Of a DNA stretch of 64,000 nucleotides, positions 1-10,121 are shown piece after piece; within the stretch, counting starts at the first letter, position 1; each line of letters starts with the position of its first letter. This stretch comes from Devosia sp. (GTDB lineage: Bacteria > Pseudomonadota > Alphaproteobacteria > Rhizobiales > Devosiaceae), in assembly GCF_028290625.1 (NCBI RefSeq), contig NZ_JAQGJM010000021.1, positions 253 through 64,252 of the forward strand. The letters run 5' to 3'. The position numbers and the translations under genes are program-made. The notes beneath the pieces are model-generated. The model was not told where the DNA came from, ran no database searches, and saw only the letters and a program-made list of their open reading frames with translations.

Positions 1-535
1 TTATTCTTCAATTGCCTCCAGTTGCAACACAAGGCAGCCGAGCAAAGCCCGGTAAATCGGGCATTGTGACTTTCTTGTTGCCAATTGATGGCAAGACCCC
101 TAAAGCCTTTGAGTGAGACGTATTGTTTTTCATGTTCCCGATCTTCCTGGCCCATTGGCCAGTGAAAAGGGAACGAAGAGCAGCCGGTTCGAACAGCGGT
201 TTCGGTCGCGGCGATCTGGTACAAAAGCGGCATTTTCTACGTCTCTATGAAATTTCGGCTCCCTCGAGAGTCGGACGGCAACAAGCGAACTTAATGTGTG
301 ATCGCTCGGTGCCTAACAGGAAGAGGTCCTATGGCCCTAAGGCGGACAAAACGCGACGCAATCACATCGACCGATTGCGCTTTTGTCATGAACCTTACGT
401 CGGCCATGGCCTCCCAGGTTACCGGCGCATTTTGCGCCACCCCCCTCAAACCATTCGCCTCGCGGGGCGCCACGAGCGCGGGGCCGGCTTGCCGGTCCGA
501 CCTTGTTGGCGCGCGAAGGCGCGGAGTACAGTCTT
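1..535 (+). promoter_or_regulatory. Probable promoter plus long 5' leader of rne (no credible ORF)
   Basis: Only short, mutually overlapping ORFs in all frames upstream of the RNase E start. RNase E genes are known to carry long autoregulatory 5' UTRs. No specific structure was verified. Confidence 0.3.
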
Positions 536-3244
536 ATGGCTACAAAAAGAATGCTGGTGGATGACATCCACCCGGAAGAAACACGGATCGTTGTAACTAT
601 CGGCAATCGCCTCGAAGAATTCGATTTTGAATCTGCCCAGCGGCGTCAGCTCCGCGGCAACATCTATCTCGCCAAGGTAACGCGCGTCGAACCGTCGCTG
701 CAGGCCGCGTTCGTCGAATATGGCGGCAACCGCCATGGCTTCCTGGCTTTTTCCGAAATCCACCCCGACTATTACCAGATCCCGGTGGCCGACCGCGAAG
801 CGCTGCTGCGCGACGAGGAAGAGCAGGATCACGCCGAAGCGGCCGAGCCCGAACTCTCGATAAGCCTTCCCGTCGGTGTCGAAGAACCCGATGCCGAAGA
901 AGACACCCAGGACATGGAAGGCGCGCATAGCCACATCGAGCAGGCGCCCTCCTCCGGCGCCGATACGGTCGAAAGCCTTGGCGGCAGCGACACGATGGAA
1001 GAGGAAGCGCCCCAGCGCCGCCGCAACCACAAATACAAGATTCAGGAAGTCATCAAGCGTCGCCAGGTCATGCTGGTGCAGGTGGTCAAGGAAGAGCGCG
1101 GCAATAAGGGCGCGGCTCTCACCACTTATCTGTCGCTGGCCGGCCGCTATTCCGTGCTGATGCCCAATACCGCCCGTGGCGGCGGCATCTCGCGCAAGAT
1201 CACCAATGTGGCTGATCGCAAGCGCCTCAAGGAAATCACCAGCGATCTCGAAGTGCCCCAGGGCATGGGCGTGATTCTGCGCACTGCCGGTGCTTCGCGC
1301 ACCAAGGCTGAAGTGAAGCGCGATTTCGAATACCTGATGCGCCTGTGGGAAAACGTGCGCTCGCTGACCCTCAAGAGCCAGGCGCCCTGCCTGGTTTATG
1401 AGGAAGGCTCGCTGATCAAGCGGACCATTCGCGACCTGTACAACAAGGACATCGATGAAGTGTTCGTGGCGGGCGACGACGCCTACCGCGAGGCCAAGGA
1501 CTTCATGCGCATGATCATGCCGAGCCACGCCAAGAACGTGCAGCTCTACAAGGATGATCAGCCGCTGTTCTCCAAGTACGGCATCGAAACCCAGCTCGAT
1601 TCGATGTTCTCGCCGACGGTCACCCTGCCCTCGGGCGGCTACATCGTCATCAACCCGACCGAGGCTTTGGTTTCGATCGACGTGAACTCGGGCCGCTCCA
1701 CCAAGGAGCACAATATCGAGGACACCGCGCTCCAGACCAATCTGGAAGCATCGGACGAAGTAGCGCGCCAGTTGCGCCTGCGGGATCTCGCTGGCCTGAT
1801 CGTCATCGACTTCATCGACATGACGGAAAACCGCAGCAACCGTGCGGTGGAACGCCGCCTCAAGGACGCGCTCAAGGACGATCGCGCCCGCATCCAGGTT
1901 GGCCGCATTTCGCATTTCGGCCTGATGGAAATGAGCCGCCAGCGCATCCGCTTCGGCGTCGTCGAAAGCTCGACCCACAAGTGCCCGATCTGCGACGGCA
2001 CGGGTCTGGTGCGGTCCGTCGAGTCGCTGGCGCTGATGATCATGCGCCATATCGAGGATCATGTGCTGCGCCGCCAGGGCCAGTCGATCAATGTGCGCAT
2101 CCCGGTCGAGGTCGCGCTCTATATCCTCAACTTCAAGCGCGAAACGCTGACCGCTCTCGAAATCCGCAACCAGCTGTCCATCACCATCACCGCCGATGGC
2201 AAGATGACCGGCAGCCAGTTCGCCATCGAAAAGGGCGAAGCCCGCGTCATCGCGTTCGCCGATGCTGCTCTGACCTCCCACGTCCGCGTCGATAGCGCCG
2301 TCATCGATGACAGTGCTGACGACGACTATGTCGAGGAAGACGAGGAAGAGCAGGACGATAAGCCCGTCGCTTCCAACGTGACTTCAACGCCGGAGACCGG
2401 CGAGGAAGAAGGTGGCGAGCCGTCGCGTCGTCGCCGTCGTCGTCGCCGTCGTGGTGGCGAGCGCGGTGATGACAATGGTGGCCCGCGTCCGGCCCAGCAG
2501 CGTCCGCCGCAGTCGGTGCAGGCTGCGCCTGCCGAGGGCGATGAGTCCGAGGACGATGGCGACGAGGAAGAAAACTCCGCGCGTCCCACCGATGCCGCCG
2601 AGACTGCTGCTGAAGGCGAGCGCAAGCGTCGCCGTCGCGGTCGCCGTGGTGGCCGTCGCAATCGTCGCGACGAGCTGGATGGCGTCGAGAAGGCTCCCTC
2701 GCCGGCTGGCGAAACCGGTCTTGCGCCTGATCAGGCTGAGGCTGTCGCTGAAGTGCTGCTGGCCCAGGATGCCATCGTGGCCGAACAGCCCGAAGCTGCG
2801 GCTGCAGAGCCGGTAGTCGCCGAAAAGCCCAAGCGTTCGCGCCGCAAGAAGGTCGAGGAGACGGCCGAATCCGCCCCGGCGGAAACTGCCCCGGTAGAAG
2901 CCGTAGCGACAGAAGCTGCGACCGCCGAGGACGAAAAGCCCAAGCGCAAGCGGGCACCGCGCAAAGCCAAGGCCGAAGCCAGCGAGGCTGCTGCCGCCGA
3001 ATCGGTGACCGCGCCGGTCGCCAAGGCATCAGCCCCGGTTGAAGCGCCGGCTGCTGTTGTGGTCGAAGCTGCGGCTCCCGTTGTCGAAGCTGAAAAGCCG
3101 AAGCGCGCCCGCAAGGAACTGCCGCCCGAAGGGATCGTCGTGTCCTCGACTGTGGCCAAGCCGGAAACGGCGGCTGAAGAAACGGCCGAGCCCGACAAGA
3201 AGAAAAAGGGCGGCTGGTGGCAGCGCCGGCTTGGCCTCGGCTAA
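536..3244 (+). CDS. rne: Ribonuclease E
   Basis: ORF 503..3244. Conserved N-terminus MATKRMLVDDIHPEETRIVV, catalytic core DVNSGRSTKEHNIEDTALQTNLEA, Zn-link CPICDGTG, and a long Arg/Glu/Pro/Ala-rich C-terminal scaffold (RRRRRRRRGGERGDD). Start moved to ATG 536. Confidence 0.95.
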   Translation: MATKRMLVDDIHPEETRIVVTIGNRLEEFDFESAQRRQLRGNIYLAKVTRVEPSLQAAFVEYGGNRHGFLAFSEIHPDYYQIPVADREALLRDEEEQDHAEAAEPELSISLPVGVEEPDAEEDTQDMEGAHSHIEQAPSSGADTVESLGGSDTMEEEAPQRRRNHKYKIQEVIKRRQVMLVQVVKEERGNKGAALTTYLSLAGRYSVLMPNTARGGGISRKITNVADRKRLKEITSDLEVPQGMGVILRTAGASRTKAEVKRDFEYLMRLWENVRSLTLKSQAPCLVYEEGSLIKRTIRDLYNKDIDEVFVAGDDAYREAKDFMRMIMPSHAKNVQLYKDDQPLFSKYGIETQLDSMFSPTVTLPSGGYIVINPTEALVSIDVNSGRSTKEHNIEDTALQTNLEASDEVARQLRLRDLAGLIVIDFIDMTENRSNRAVERRLKDALKDDRARIQVGRISHFGLMEMSRQRIRFGVVESSTHKCPICDGTGLVRSVESLALMIMRHIEDHVLRRQGQSINVRIPVEVALYILNFKRETLTALEIRNQLSITITADGKMTGSQFAIEKGEARVIAFADAALTSHVRVDSAVIDDSADDDYVEEDEEEQDDKPVASNVTSTPETGEEEGGEPSRRRRRRRRRGGERGDDNGGPRPAQQRPPQSVQAAPAEGDESEDDGDEEENSARPTDAAETAAEGERKRRRRGRRGGRRNRRDELDGVEKAPSPAGETGLAPDQAEAVAEVLLAQDAIVAEQPEAAAAEPVVAEKPKRSRRKKVEETAESAPAETAPVEAVATEAATAEDEKPKRKRAPRKAKAEASEAAAAESVTAPVAKASAPVEAPAAVVVEAAAPVVEAEKPKRARKELPPEGIVVSSTVAKPETAAEETAEPDKKKKGGWWQRRLGLG

Positions 3245-3263
3245 GCGCGTTCCAAATCATTGA

Positions 3264-3296
3264 ATAGAAAAGGCGGCTTCGGCCGCCTTTTCTATT
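3264..3296 (+). terminator. Rho-independent terminator of rne
   Basis: Perfect hairpin aatagaaaaggcggc-ttcg-gccgccttttctatt immediately after the rne stop, followed by a T-rich tail. Confidence 0.8.
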
Positions 3297-3322
3297 GGCA
3301 GGCCCGGCTGCTATCGTCGCGT

Positions 3323-4012
3323 ATGTCCCGCACCGCCCGCCTGCTCGATCTGCTGCAATTGCTGCGCAACCGCACCCAGCCCGTCACCGGCCCGGACCTC
3401 GCGGCCGAGTTGGGCATCTCCATCCGCACGCTCTATCGCGACATCGTCACGCTGCAGGCGCAGGGCGCGGATATCCGGGGTGAGCCCGGCCTGGGGTACA
3501 TCCTCAATCCCGGTTTCACCCTGCCACCGTTGATGTTTACCACCGAGGAGATCGAGGCCATCGTGCTCGGCTCGCGCTGGGTGGCGGCTGGGCACGGCGA
3601 TGCCCGATTGAGCCAATCGGCCAGCCAGGCGCTGAGCAAGATCACCGCCGTGCTGCCTCCGGAGTTACGCGGCCGCGCCGAGGCTACCAATCTGCTGGTC
3701 GCCCGCAATCGCGACACCAGCGGGCCGGCCGATCCCGCCGAGATTCGCGGCGCCATTCGCAATGAGCAGAAGCTGGCCATCACCTACCGCGCGCTGGACG
3801 GTTCGGCCTCCAGGCGCGTGATCTGGCCGTTCCTGATCGGCTTTTTCGATCGCGTCCGCATTGTCGCCGGCTGGTGCGAGTTGCGGCAGGATTTTCGCAA
3901 TTTCCGCGTCGATCACATTACCAGCATGCAAGTGCTGGACGGCCGCTATCCCCGTCGTCGCGCGGTGATGCTCAAGGAATGGCGTGCCGCCCAGAACATT
4001 CCACCGAGCTGA
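3323..4012 (+). CDS. YafY-family transcriptional regulator (HTH + WYL-type domain)
   Basis: MSRTARLLDLLQLLRNRTQPVTGPDLAAELGISIRTLYRDI is an HTH_11-like motif. The C-terminal WPFLIGFFDRVRIVAGWCELRQDFRNFRVDHI is WYL-like. Start set at ATG 3323 because the ORF's upstream extension overlaps the rne terminator. Confidence 0.85.
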   Translation: MSRTARLLDLLQLLRNRTQPVTGPDLAAELGISIRTLYRDIVTLQAQGADIRGEPGLGYILNPGFTLPPLMFTTEEIEAIVLGSRWVAAGHGDARLSQSASQALSKITAVLPPELRGRAEATNLLVARNRDTSGPADPAEIRGAIRNEQKLAITYRALDGSASRRVIWPFLIGFFDRVRIVAGWCELRQDFRNFRVDHITSMQVLDGRYPRRRAVMLKEWRAAQNIPPS

Positions 4013-4077
4013 CAGGCACTGCCGGAAACTGACAGTTCGAGGGTCTAGTCTCCCTGCATCAACCAAGGAGACCCGTC

Positions 4078-4449
4078 ATGCGTACCCTCAATTATCTGCT
4101 GCTCGCCGTCGCCAATCCGGCCAAGAGTGCTGAGTTCTACACCAAGCTTCTGGGTATCGAGCCGGTGGAGAATTCACCCACATTCGTACTGTATGTGCTG
4201 CCGAATGGCATCAAGATCGGCCTCTGGATCACGAACGAAATCGAGCCCAAGCCTAAAGTGGCCGGCGGCGTCGAAATCTCGTTTACCGAGGATAGCAAGG
4301 ACGCCGTCCTCGCCACCTACGCGGCCTGGAAGACCCTCGCCAAGGTGGTGCAGGAACCCACTCAAATGGATTTCGGCTTTACCTTTGTGGTTGAGGACCT
4401 TGACGGACACCGCCTGCGTCCGTTTGTGCTGGCGGATCGGCCGCGCTGA
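4078..4449 (+). CDS. VOC (glyoxalase/bleomycin-resistance fold) family protein
   Basis: MRTLNYLLLAVANPAKSAEFYTKLLGIEP matches the typical VOC N-terminal beta-alpha-beta pattern. GGAGA RBS 6-8 nt upstream of the ATG. Confidence 0.75.
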   Translation: MRTLNYLLLAVANPAKSAEFYTKLLGIEPVENSPTFVLYVLPNGIKIGLWITNEIEPKPKVAGGVEISFTEDSKDAVLATYAAWKTLAKVVQEPTQMDFGFTFVVEDLDGHRLRPFVLADRPR

Positions 4450-4530
4450 ACGGCGCTGGCGGGGGCTTACATTGACCTTCAGATCTTGGTCAGCAGCAAA
4501 CACGATAGGTTTGCGTGTCCCCTTAGCATC

Positions 4531-4635
4531 CCACCCACCGTTCTTCCCGCGGACTTGATCCGCGGGCCACTATCAACACGGCACAAGCGGTGAGAGGCCC
4601 GCGGGTCAAGCCCGCGGGAAGGACAGTGGGTGGGG
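4531..4635. repeat. REP/MITE-like inverted-repeat element, family A (copy 1 of 3)
   Basis: ccacccaccg..ttcccgcggacttgatccgcgggcc ... ggcccgcgggtcaagcccgcgggaagg..gggtgggg. The same arms recur at 10122-10239 and 47971-48086. Confidence 0.75.
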
Positions 4636-4683
4636 ATGGATTGATGGTGGGTGGATGGTGGGTGGATGGATGGATGGATGGGT
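4636..4683. repeat. Short tandem repeat (ggtgggtggat x2 followed by ggat x3-4)
   Basis: Read directly: gatggtgggtggatggtgggtggatggatggatggatggg, abutting REP copy 1. Confidence 0.6.
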
Positions 4684-4713
4684 AAGATTTGGGGGCCTAG
4701 CGGCGACCAACCC

Positions 4714-5862
4714 TTACTTCAAAAACGCCCGCATCCGCTCCAGCGCGAGTTCAATCGTCTGGCGTGTCCCCGCATACGAAAACCGCACAAAGCTCCGCCC
4801 GTCGGCACGATCGAAATCGATCCCCGGCGCCGTGGCGACTCCGGCATCCTCCAACAGCGTCTGGCAGAATGCCATCGAGTCGTTGGAGAACGGCGCAATG
4901 CCCGCATAGACGTAGAAGGCCCCTTCCGAGAGATGGCCGACATCAAAACCAATCGCTTGCAGTCCCTCGGAGAGCAGCGTCCGGTTGGCCGCGTAGTGGG
5001 CCTTCTGCTCTTCGGAATAGTCCCGCTCGCCCAGTGCCGCCGTCGCCGCGATCTGGCTCAGTGTCGGGGCAGAGATGAAGAGGTTCTGCTGCAGGATTTC
5101 GGCCCGGCGCAGCAGGTGTTCGGGCATGACCATCCAGCCGATGCGCCAGCCAGTCATGCAGTAATATTTGGAAAAGCTGTTGATGACGATGGCGTCGCGG
5201 GTCAGCTCGAGCGCGCTCACCGAGGCGCCGCGATAATCCAGCCCGTGATAGATTTCGTCGGAAATGAGCTGCACGCCCAGCCGCTTGCAGGTGTCGATGA
5301 TATCCTGCATCCCGGCCCGGTCGACTGCCGCACCGGTCGGATTGGCCGGGCTGGCGAACAGCAGGCCGGCAAAAGGCTGCAGCCTGTACGCCGCTTCGAT
5401 GTCCGCCCCGCGCAATTGCCAGCCGCTCGCCGCCGAGAGCGGGATTTCGGCGATCTCGAAGCCCAGTCCTACCAGCGTATTCACATAGGCCGGATAACCG
5501 GGCCTCGTGATGGCGATCCGCGCGCCGGGCCGGAACGCGGTGTGGAACGCGATGATGAAGCCCGCGGACGAGCCCATCGTCGCCAGGATCGTATCGGGAT
5601 CGACGATCACGCCATGCTGTTCAGAATAATACGCAGCCAGCGCCTCTCGCAGTTGGATAAGGCCCTTGGCATTGGTATAACCCTGCGCCTGGGGCAGCGC
5701 CTTGGCCACCGCCTCGATGACGCGCGGCGCGGGCGGCGAGCCGGGCTCGCCCACTTCCAGATGGCAGATCACGCGGCCACCGGCTTCGAGCGATTTGGCT
5801 CGATTCAGAATTTCTAATGCATGGAACGGCATTAGATCGTAGTTGCGTGTTTCGTCTAACAT
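4714..5862 (-). CDS. Pyridoxal-phosphate-dependent aminotransferase (class I/II)
   Basis: 382 aa. ASPANPTG and SFSKYYCMTGWRIGW (PLP-lysine motif) are typical of the AspC/AlaT-like fold. Confidence 0.9.
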   Translation of the reverse strand: MLDETRNYDLMPFHALEILNRAKSLEAGGRVICHLEVGEPGSPPAPRVIEAVAKALPQAQGYTNAKGLIQLREALAAYYSEQHGVIVDPDTILATMGSSAGFIIAFHTAFRPGARIAITRPGYPAYVNTLVGLGFEIAEIPLSAASGWQLRGADIEAAYRLQPFAGLLFASPANPTGAAVDRAGMQDIIDTCKRLGVQLISDEIYHGLDYRGASVSALELTRDAIVINSFSKYYCMTGWRIGWMVMPEHLLRRAEILQQNLFISAPTLSQIAATAALGERDYSEEQKAHYAANRTLLSEGLQAIGFDVGHLSEGAFYVYAGIAPFSNDSMAFCQTLLEDAGVATAPGIDFDRADGRSFVRFSYAGTRQTIELALERMRAFLK

Positions 5863-6016
5863 AGAGATTCCTTTTGCGCATGCATGACATACAGCGAACA
5901 GTCTTTGCTCTCAACTACAATTGATACCGCGGCGCAGTCCGTCTTCACCATCACCTGCTATTGTGACATCCAAGGCTGCGGGAAATTGCGGCTATAGCGT
6001 TTATCCGGAGCCTTTC

Positions 6017-6892
6017 ATGCCGCGCGTCACACTCGCCCTCGTAGCCCTTGCGGGCATTCTCGCTGGGGCATTGGGCTTTTCCGTCCTGCATCAGAACGCC
6101 CCCCAGACCGACACCGCCGCCGTGCGCAGCATCGTCGAAGGCGTACTAGCCGATCACGACACCCGACTGGCCTCCGCTGCGCCAATCTATCGGGCGCCGC
6201 AAAATGTCGCTGGCCTCGATCCGAAGGTGCTCAACCCGATGATCGAAAGCTATCTCATGGGCGATCCCACTATCCTGCAGCGACTGTCCAGCGCGCTCGA
6301 TAGCAAGATGCAGGTCGCGGCGCGCGAAAAATCCACCCAGGTCATCGCCACCATGAAGGATGCGATTTTCAACGACCCCAACCAGGTTGTGCTGGGCAAT
6401 CCCAATGGCGACGTGACCCTGGTGGAACTGTTCGACTACAATTGCGGGTATTGCCGCAACGCCCTGCCCGATATGGCCTCACTGCTGGCCGACGATCCGA
6501 ACCTGCGCGTCGTGCTCAAGGAATTCCCGATCCTGTCCAACGAATCGATCGATGCGGCCCGCGTCGCCATCTTGGTCAACGAGTCCGATGCCGATTACTG
6601 GGCCTTCCACGAGGCCCTGTTCACCAGCCGCGGTCAGGTCGACAAGAAGGTGGCGCTCGCCGCCGCCGCCGATCTGGGTCTCAGCCCGGTCAATATCGAG
6701 CTGAAGATGGAAGAGCCGGAGGTGTCTAAGGCGATCCAGACCTCCTACGACATCGCCAAGGCGCTCAATATCACCGGCACGCCGACCTATATCATCGGCA
6801 ATGAGGTGATCCCCGGCGCCATCGGGCTCGACGAGCTCAAGGGCCGAATCGCCAATATGCGCGCCTGCGGGGAAACCGAATGCGCGAGCTAA
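6017..6892 (+). CDS. DsbA-family thiol:disulfide oxidoreductase (secreted/anchored)
   Basis: N-terminal signal/anchor MPRVTLALVALAGILAGALGFSVL and thioredoxin CxxC in FDYNCGYCRNALP. Start moved to ATG 6017. Confidence 0.85.
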   Translation: MPRVTLALVALAGILAGALGFSVLHQNAPQTDTAAVRSIVEGVLADHDTRLASAAPIYRAPQNVAGLDPKVLNPMIESYLMGDPTILQRLSSALDSKMQVAAREKSTQVIATMKDAIFNDPNQVVLGNPNGDVTLVELFDYNCGYCRNALPDMASLLADDPNLRVVLKEFPILSNESIDAARVAILVNESDADYWAFHEALFTSRGQVDKKVALAAAADLGLSPVNIELKMEEPEVSKAIQTSYDIAKALNITGTPTYIIGNEVIPGAIGLDELKGRIANMRACGETECAS

Positions 6893-6984
6893 CCAAGGTT
6901 TTGCCGCCGTTCTTTGCCTTTTCGGTGCATTTCGTATAGTCGAGCTTGCTCTGGCCTTAAGGGCTGGTGCAAAAGGCGAAAATC

Positions 6985-7422
6985 ATGGCAAAGCGCGTTC
7001 TCGTCCTCAACGGCCCGAACCTCAACATGCTCGGTACTCGCGAGCCCGAAATCTATGGCGCCCAGACCTTGGGCGACATCGAGAAGCTTTGCCAATCTAC
7101 TGGTCAAGCCCTTGGCCTCAAAGTGGATTTTCGCCAGTCCAATCACGAGGGTGAGCTGGTGACCTGGATTCAGGACGCCCGCAAGACGGCTGATGCGATC
7201 CTGATCAATCCTGCCGCCTATTCGCATACCTCGGTCGCCATTCACGACGCTCTCAAGGCTGCCGGCCTGCCGGTGGCCGAAGTTCATCTCAGCAATATCC
7301 ATCAGCGCGAGGCGTTTCGGCATCATTCCTATGTGTCGGCCGTCGCCTATGGCGTCATTTGCGGCTTTGGCGCACTTGGATATAGTCTGGCGCTGCAAGC
7401 CCTCTCCGAAAAACTCAAATAA
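6985..7422 (+). CDS. aroQ: Type II 3-dehydroquinate dehydratase
   Basis: [25 protein letters not shown] and [15 protein letters not shown] signatures. Lies upstream of accB-accC, a common arrangement. Confidence 0.95.
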   Translation: MAKRVLVLNGPNLNMLGTREPEIYGAQTLGDIEKLCQSTGQALGLKVDFRQSNHEGELVTWIQDARKTADAILINPAAYSHTSVAIHDALKAAGLPVAEVHLSNIHQREAFRHHSYVSAVAYGVICGFGALGYSLALQALSEKLK

Positions 7423-7455
7423 CGATCGACGCGCAAGCGCGGGAGACCGACAAGA

Positions 7456-7944
7456 ATGACCAAGGCATCTCAAGTGGATCAGGACCTGATCCGGGCCATC
7501 GCCGAACTGCTCAACAAAGAAAATCTCGCTGAAATCGAGATCGAGCAGGATGATTTCCGGGTCCGGGTTACCCGCTCCTATGCCAATGAGGCTCCCGCCT
7601 ATGCGCCGCAATATCTGGCGCCGCAATATGCGCCCGCGCCGCAGTCGCTGACCCCTGCGGGTTCGGTTGCGCCGGCAGCGCCTGTCGCGGCCGAAGACCT
7701 TGCATCCAATCCCGGCACCCTGACCTCCCCGATGGTCGGCACCGCCTACCGCTCGCCCGAGCCGGGCAAGCCCGCGTTTGTCGAAGTGGGCGCCAAGGTC
7801 ACCGAAGGGCAGACCCTGCTCATCATCGAAGCGATGAAGACCATGAACCAGATCCCGGCGCATCGCTCGGGCACGGTCACCCGTATCCTCGTCGAAGACA
7901 GCCAGCCCGTCGAATATGGCGAACCGCTCGCCGTCATCGAATAG
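7456..7944 (+). CDS. accB: Acetyl-CoA carboxylase biotin carboxyl carrier protein
   Basis: Ala/Pro-rich linker followed by a biotinyl domain with the EAMKTMN motif. Confidence 0.95.
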   Translation: MTKASQVDQDLIRAIAELLNKENLAEIEIEQDDFRVRVTRSYANEAPAYAPQYLAPQYAPAPQSLTPAGSVAPAAPVAAEDLASNPGTLTSPMVGTAYRSPEPGKPAFVEVGAKVTEGQTLLIIEAMKTMNQIPAHRSGTVTRILVEDSQPVEYGEPLAVIE

Positions 7945-7953
7945 GGGGCGGGC

Positions 7954-9300
7954 ATGTTCCAGAAGGTCCTCATCGCCAATCGCGGCGAAATCGCGCTGCG
8001 TATTTTGCGCGCCTGCAAAGAACTCGGCATTCAGACCGTTGCGGTGCATTCGACGGCCGACGCCAATGCAATGCATGTGCGTCTCGCCGATGAAAGCGTC
8101 TGCATCGGGCCGCCAGCCGCCAAGGACAGCTATCTCAATATCCCCTCGATCATGGCTGCCTGCGAGATCACCGGCGCCGATGCCGTGCATCCGGGCTATG
8201 GGTTTCTTTCCGAGAACGCCCGCTTCGCCAAGATTTTGACCGAGCACAACGTCACCTTCATCGGCCCGTCTGCCCATCACATCGAAATCATGGGCGACAA
8301 GATCACGGCCAAGAAGACCGCCGTGGAGCTGGGCATTCCGGTGGTTCCAGGCTCCGCTGGCGCCGTGGAATCCGACGAAGAGGCGATCAAGACCGCCAGG
8401 GAAATCGGTTATCCCGTGCTGATCAAGGCCACGGCCGGTGGCGGCGGACGCGGCATGAAGGTCGCGTTGACCGAAGCCGACGTGCTGATCGCCTGGTCGA
8501 CCGCCCGCTCCGAGGCCAAGGCCGCGTTCGGCAATGACTCGGTCTATATGGAAAAATACCTCGGCAAGCCGCGCCATATCGAAGTCCAGGTCATGGGCGA
8601 CGGCCAGGGCAACGCGGTGCATCTGGGCGTGCGCGACTGCTCGCTGCAGCGTCGCCACCAGAAGGTCTGGGAAGAAGCCGGCGGGCCGACCATTGCGCCC
8701 GAAGAACGCGACCGGATCGGCGAAATCTGCGCCGCCGCCATGCGCAAGCTCAGCTATTCGGGCGCCGGCACCATCGAGTTCCTCTACGAGAACGGCGAGT
8801 TTTATTTCATTGAAATGAACACCCGCCTGCAGGTCGAGCATCCGGTTACCGAGCGCATCACTGGCATCGATATCGTCTACGAACAGATCCGCGTCGCCTC
8901 GGGTGAAAAACTTTCAATGACGCAGGAGCAGGTGCAGTTCTACGGCCATGCCATCGAAGTGCGCATCAATGCCGAGGACCCGCAGACTTTTGCGCCCTCG
9001 CCCGGCACCATTACTTTCTATCACCCAGCCGGCGGCGTTGGCGTTCGTGTCGATTCGGCGGTTTATCAGGGCTACAAGATCCCGCCCTATTACGACTCGC
9101 TGATCGGCAAGCTGATCGTCTATGGCCGCACCCGCGACGAATGCCTGCATCGCCTGCGCCGCGCGGTCGACGAATTCGTCATCGATGGCATCAAGACCAC
9201 GTTGCCGCTGTTCCAGCGCCTGATCCGCGAGCCCGATATTCTGGCCGGAAATTACGACATCCACTGGCTGGAAAAGTACTTGGCCGAGAACAAGGTCTAG
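7954..9300 (+). CDS. accC: Acetyl-CoA carboxylase biotin carboxylase subunit
   Basis: MFQKVLIANRGEIALRILRACKELGI, ATP-grasp loop GGGGRGM, and EMNTRLQVEHPVTE. Confidence 0.97.
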   Translation: MFQKVLIANRGEIALRILRACKELGIQTVAVHSTADANAMHVRLADESVCIGPPAAKDSYLNIPSIMAACEITGADAVHPGYGFLSENARFAKILTEHNVTFIGPSAHHIEIMGDKITAKKTAVELGIPVVPGSAGAVESDEEAIKTAREIGYPVLIKATAGGGGRGMKVALTEADVLIAWSTARSEAKAAFGNDSVYMEKYLGKPRHIEVQVMGDGQGNAVHLGVRDCSLQRRHQKVWEEAGGPTIAPEERDRIGEICAAAMRKLSYSGAGTIEFLYENGEFYFIEMNTRLQVEHPVTERITGIDIVYEQIRVASGEKLSMTQEQVQFYGHAIEVRINAEDPQTFAPSPGTITFYHPAGGVGVRVDSAVYQGYKIPPYYDSLIGKLIVYGRTRDECLHRLRRAVDEFVIDGIKTTLPLFQRLIREPDILAGNYDIHWLEKYLAENKV

Positions 9301-9430
9301 ACGACTCTCTCCCTTCTCCCCTCGTGGGAGAAGGTGGCGCGCAGCGCCGGATGAGGGGGCTGCGATTGCTAGGAGAACCCCTCACCCGCCCTTCGGGCAC
9401 CCTCTCCCACAAGGGGAGAGGGGGAGCAGA
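9301..9430. repeat. REP-like palindromic intergenic element, family B
   Basis: Nested hairpins cttctccc-ctcg-tgggagaag and ccctctcc-cacaa-ggggagaggg, with ccggatgagggg / cccctcacccgcc between them. One copy in this window. Confidence 0.6.
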
Positions 9431-9438
9431 GGTAGCCT

Positions 9439-10083
9439 GTGGCCAGACGCAACGACCCCTTCGATATCGAGATCACGCCCGAGCTGATCGTGCGGGCCTA
9501 TCGGGCCGGCATTTTCCCAATGTCGGAAAGCGCCGGTTCGACCGACGTGTTCTGGGTCAGTCCGGAACAGCGCGGAGTCATCCCCCTAGATGGGCTGATC
9601 GTCTCCACCAGCCTGCGCAAGGCCATCCGCAAAAGCGTCTTCACGGTCCGCGTCGACACGGATTTCGAGGCGGTCATCGAGGCCTGTGCCACAGTGGGCG
9701 AGGACCGCGACGAGACGTGGATCAACGCCACGATACGCGGTGTCTATGGCGAACTGTTTCGCCGGGGCGTGGCCCATACCGTCGAAGTCTGGGACGGCGA
9801 GGAACTGGTCGGCGGGCTGTATGGCCTGGCTATCGGCGGCGCGTTCTTCGGCGAGTCGATGTTCCACCGCGCCACCAATGCCAGCAAGATCGCGCTGGCG
9901 CATCTCGTAGACCGCCTCAATGCCGGCGGCTTCATCTTGCTCGATACCCAGTTCATCACCGACCACTTGGCCTCGTTGGGCGGGATCGAAATTCCGCGCG
10001 CGGACTATGAGGAAATGCTGGCTGCGGCGTTGCTGCGTGAGGGTGATTGGGCCGCGTGGGATCGGCGCACAAGCGCTCAATAG
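9439..10083 (+). CDS. aat: Leucyl/phenylalanyl-tRNA--protein transferase
   Basis: YRAGIFPMSES, WVSPEQRGVIPLD, GLYGLAIGGAFFGESMFH and FILLDTQ motifs. GTG start. Confidence 0.93.
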   Translation: MARRNDPFDIEITPELIVRAYRAGIFPMSESAGSTDVFWVSPEQRGVIPLDGLIVSTSLRKAIRKSVFTVRVDTDFEAVIEACATVGEDRDETWINATIRGVYGELFRRGVAHTVEVWDGEELVGGLYGLAIGGAFFGESMFHRATNASKIALAHLVDRLNAGGFILLDTQFITDHLASLGGIEIPRADYEEMLAAALLREGDWAAWDRRTSAQ

Positions 10084-10121
10084 GCTGCGCATACCCATAG
10101 CGCGCTTGTGGCACGCTGCCT

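Noticed and set aside
446-2281. 611-aa ORF on the minus strand opposite rne, along with other ORFs overlapping rne such as 2301..3260 and 2731..3198
   Set aside because: These are antisense shadow ORFs, typical of high-GC DNA. Their translations are low-complexity Arg/Ala/Gly/His-rich with no motifs, and the + strand frame encodes an unmistakable RNase E.
4636-4683. GGAT/GGTGGGTGGAT tandem repeats as a CRISPR array or contingency locus
   Set aside because: The units are 4-11 bp with no spacers, and the repeat is intergenic next to a REP element. No cas genes occur anywhere in the window.
4651-5817. 388-aa + strand ORF overlapping the aminotransferase
   Set aside because: The minus-strand frame has the PLP-lysine motif and the aminotransferase fold pattern. 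The + frame is Arg/Gly-rich with no features.
6889-8841. 650-aa ORF antisense to aroQ-accB-accC
   Set aside because: It spans three well-supported + strand genes and their intergenic gaps, and has no motifs. It is a GC-driven open frame.
9141-10010. 289-aa ORF bridging the accC 3' end, the REP element and aat
   Set aside because: It is out of frame with two strongly supported genes and reads through a palindromic repeat. The translation is Arg/Gly-rich.
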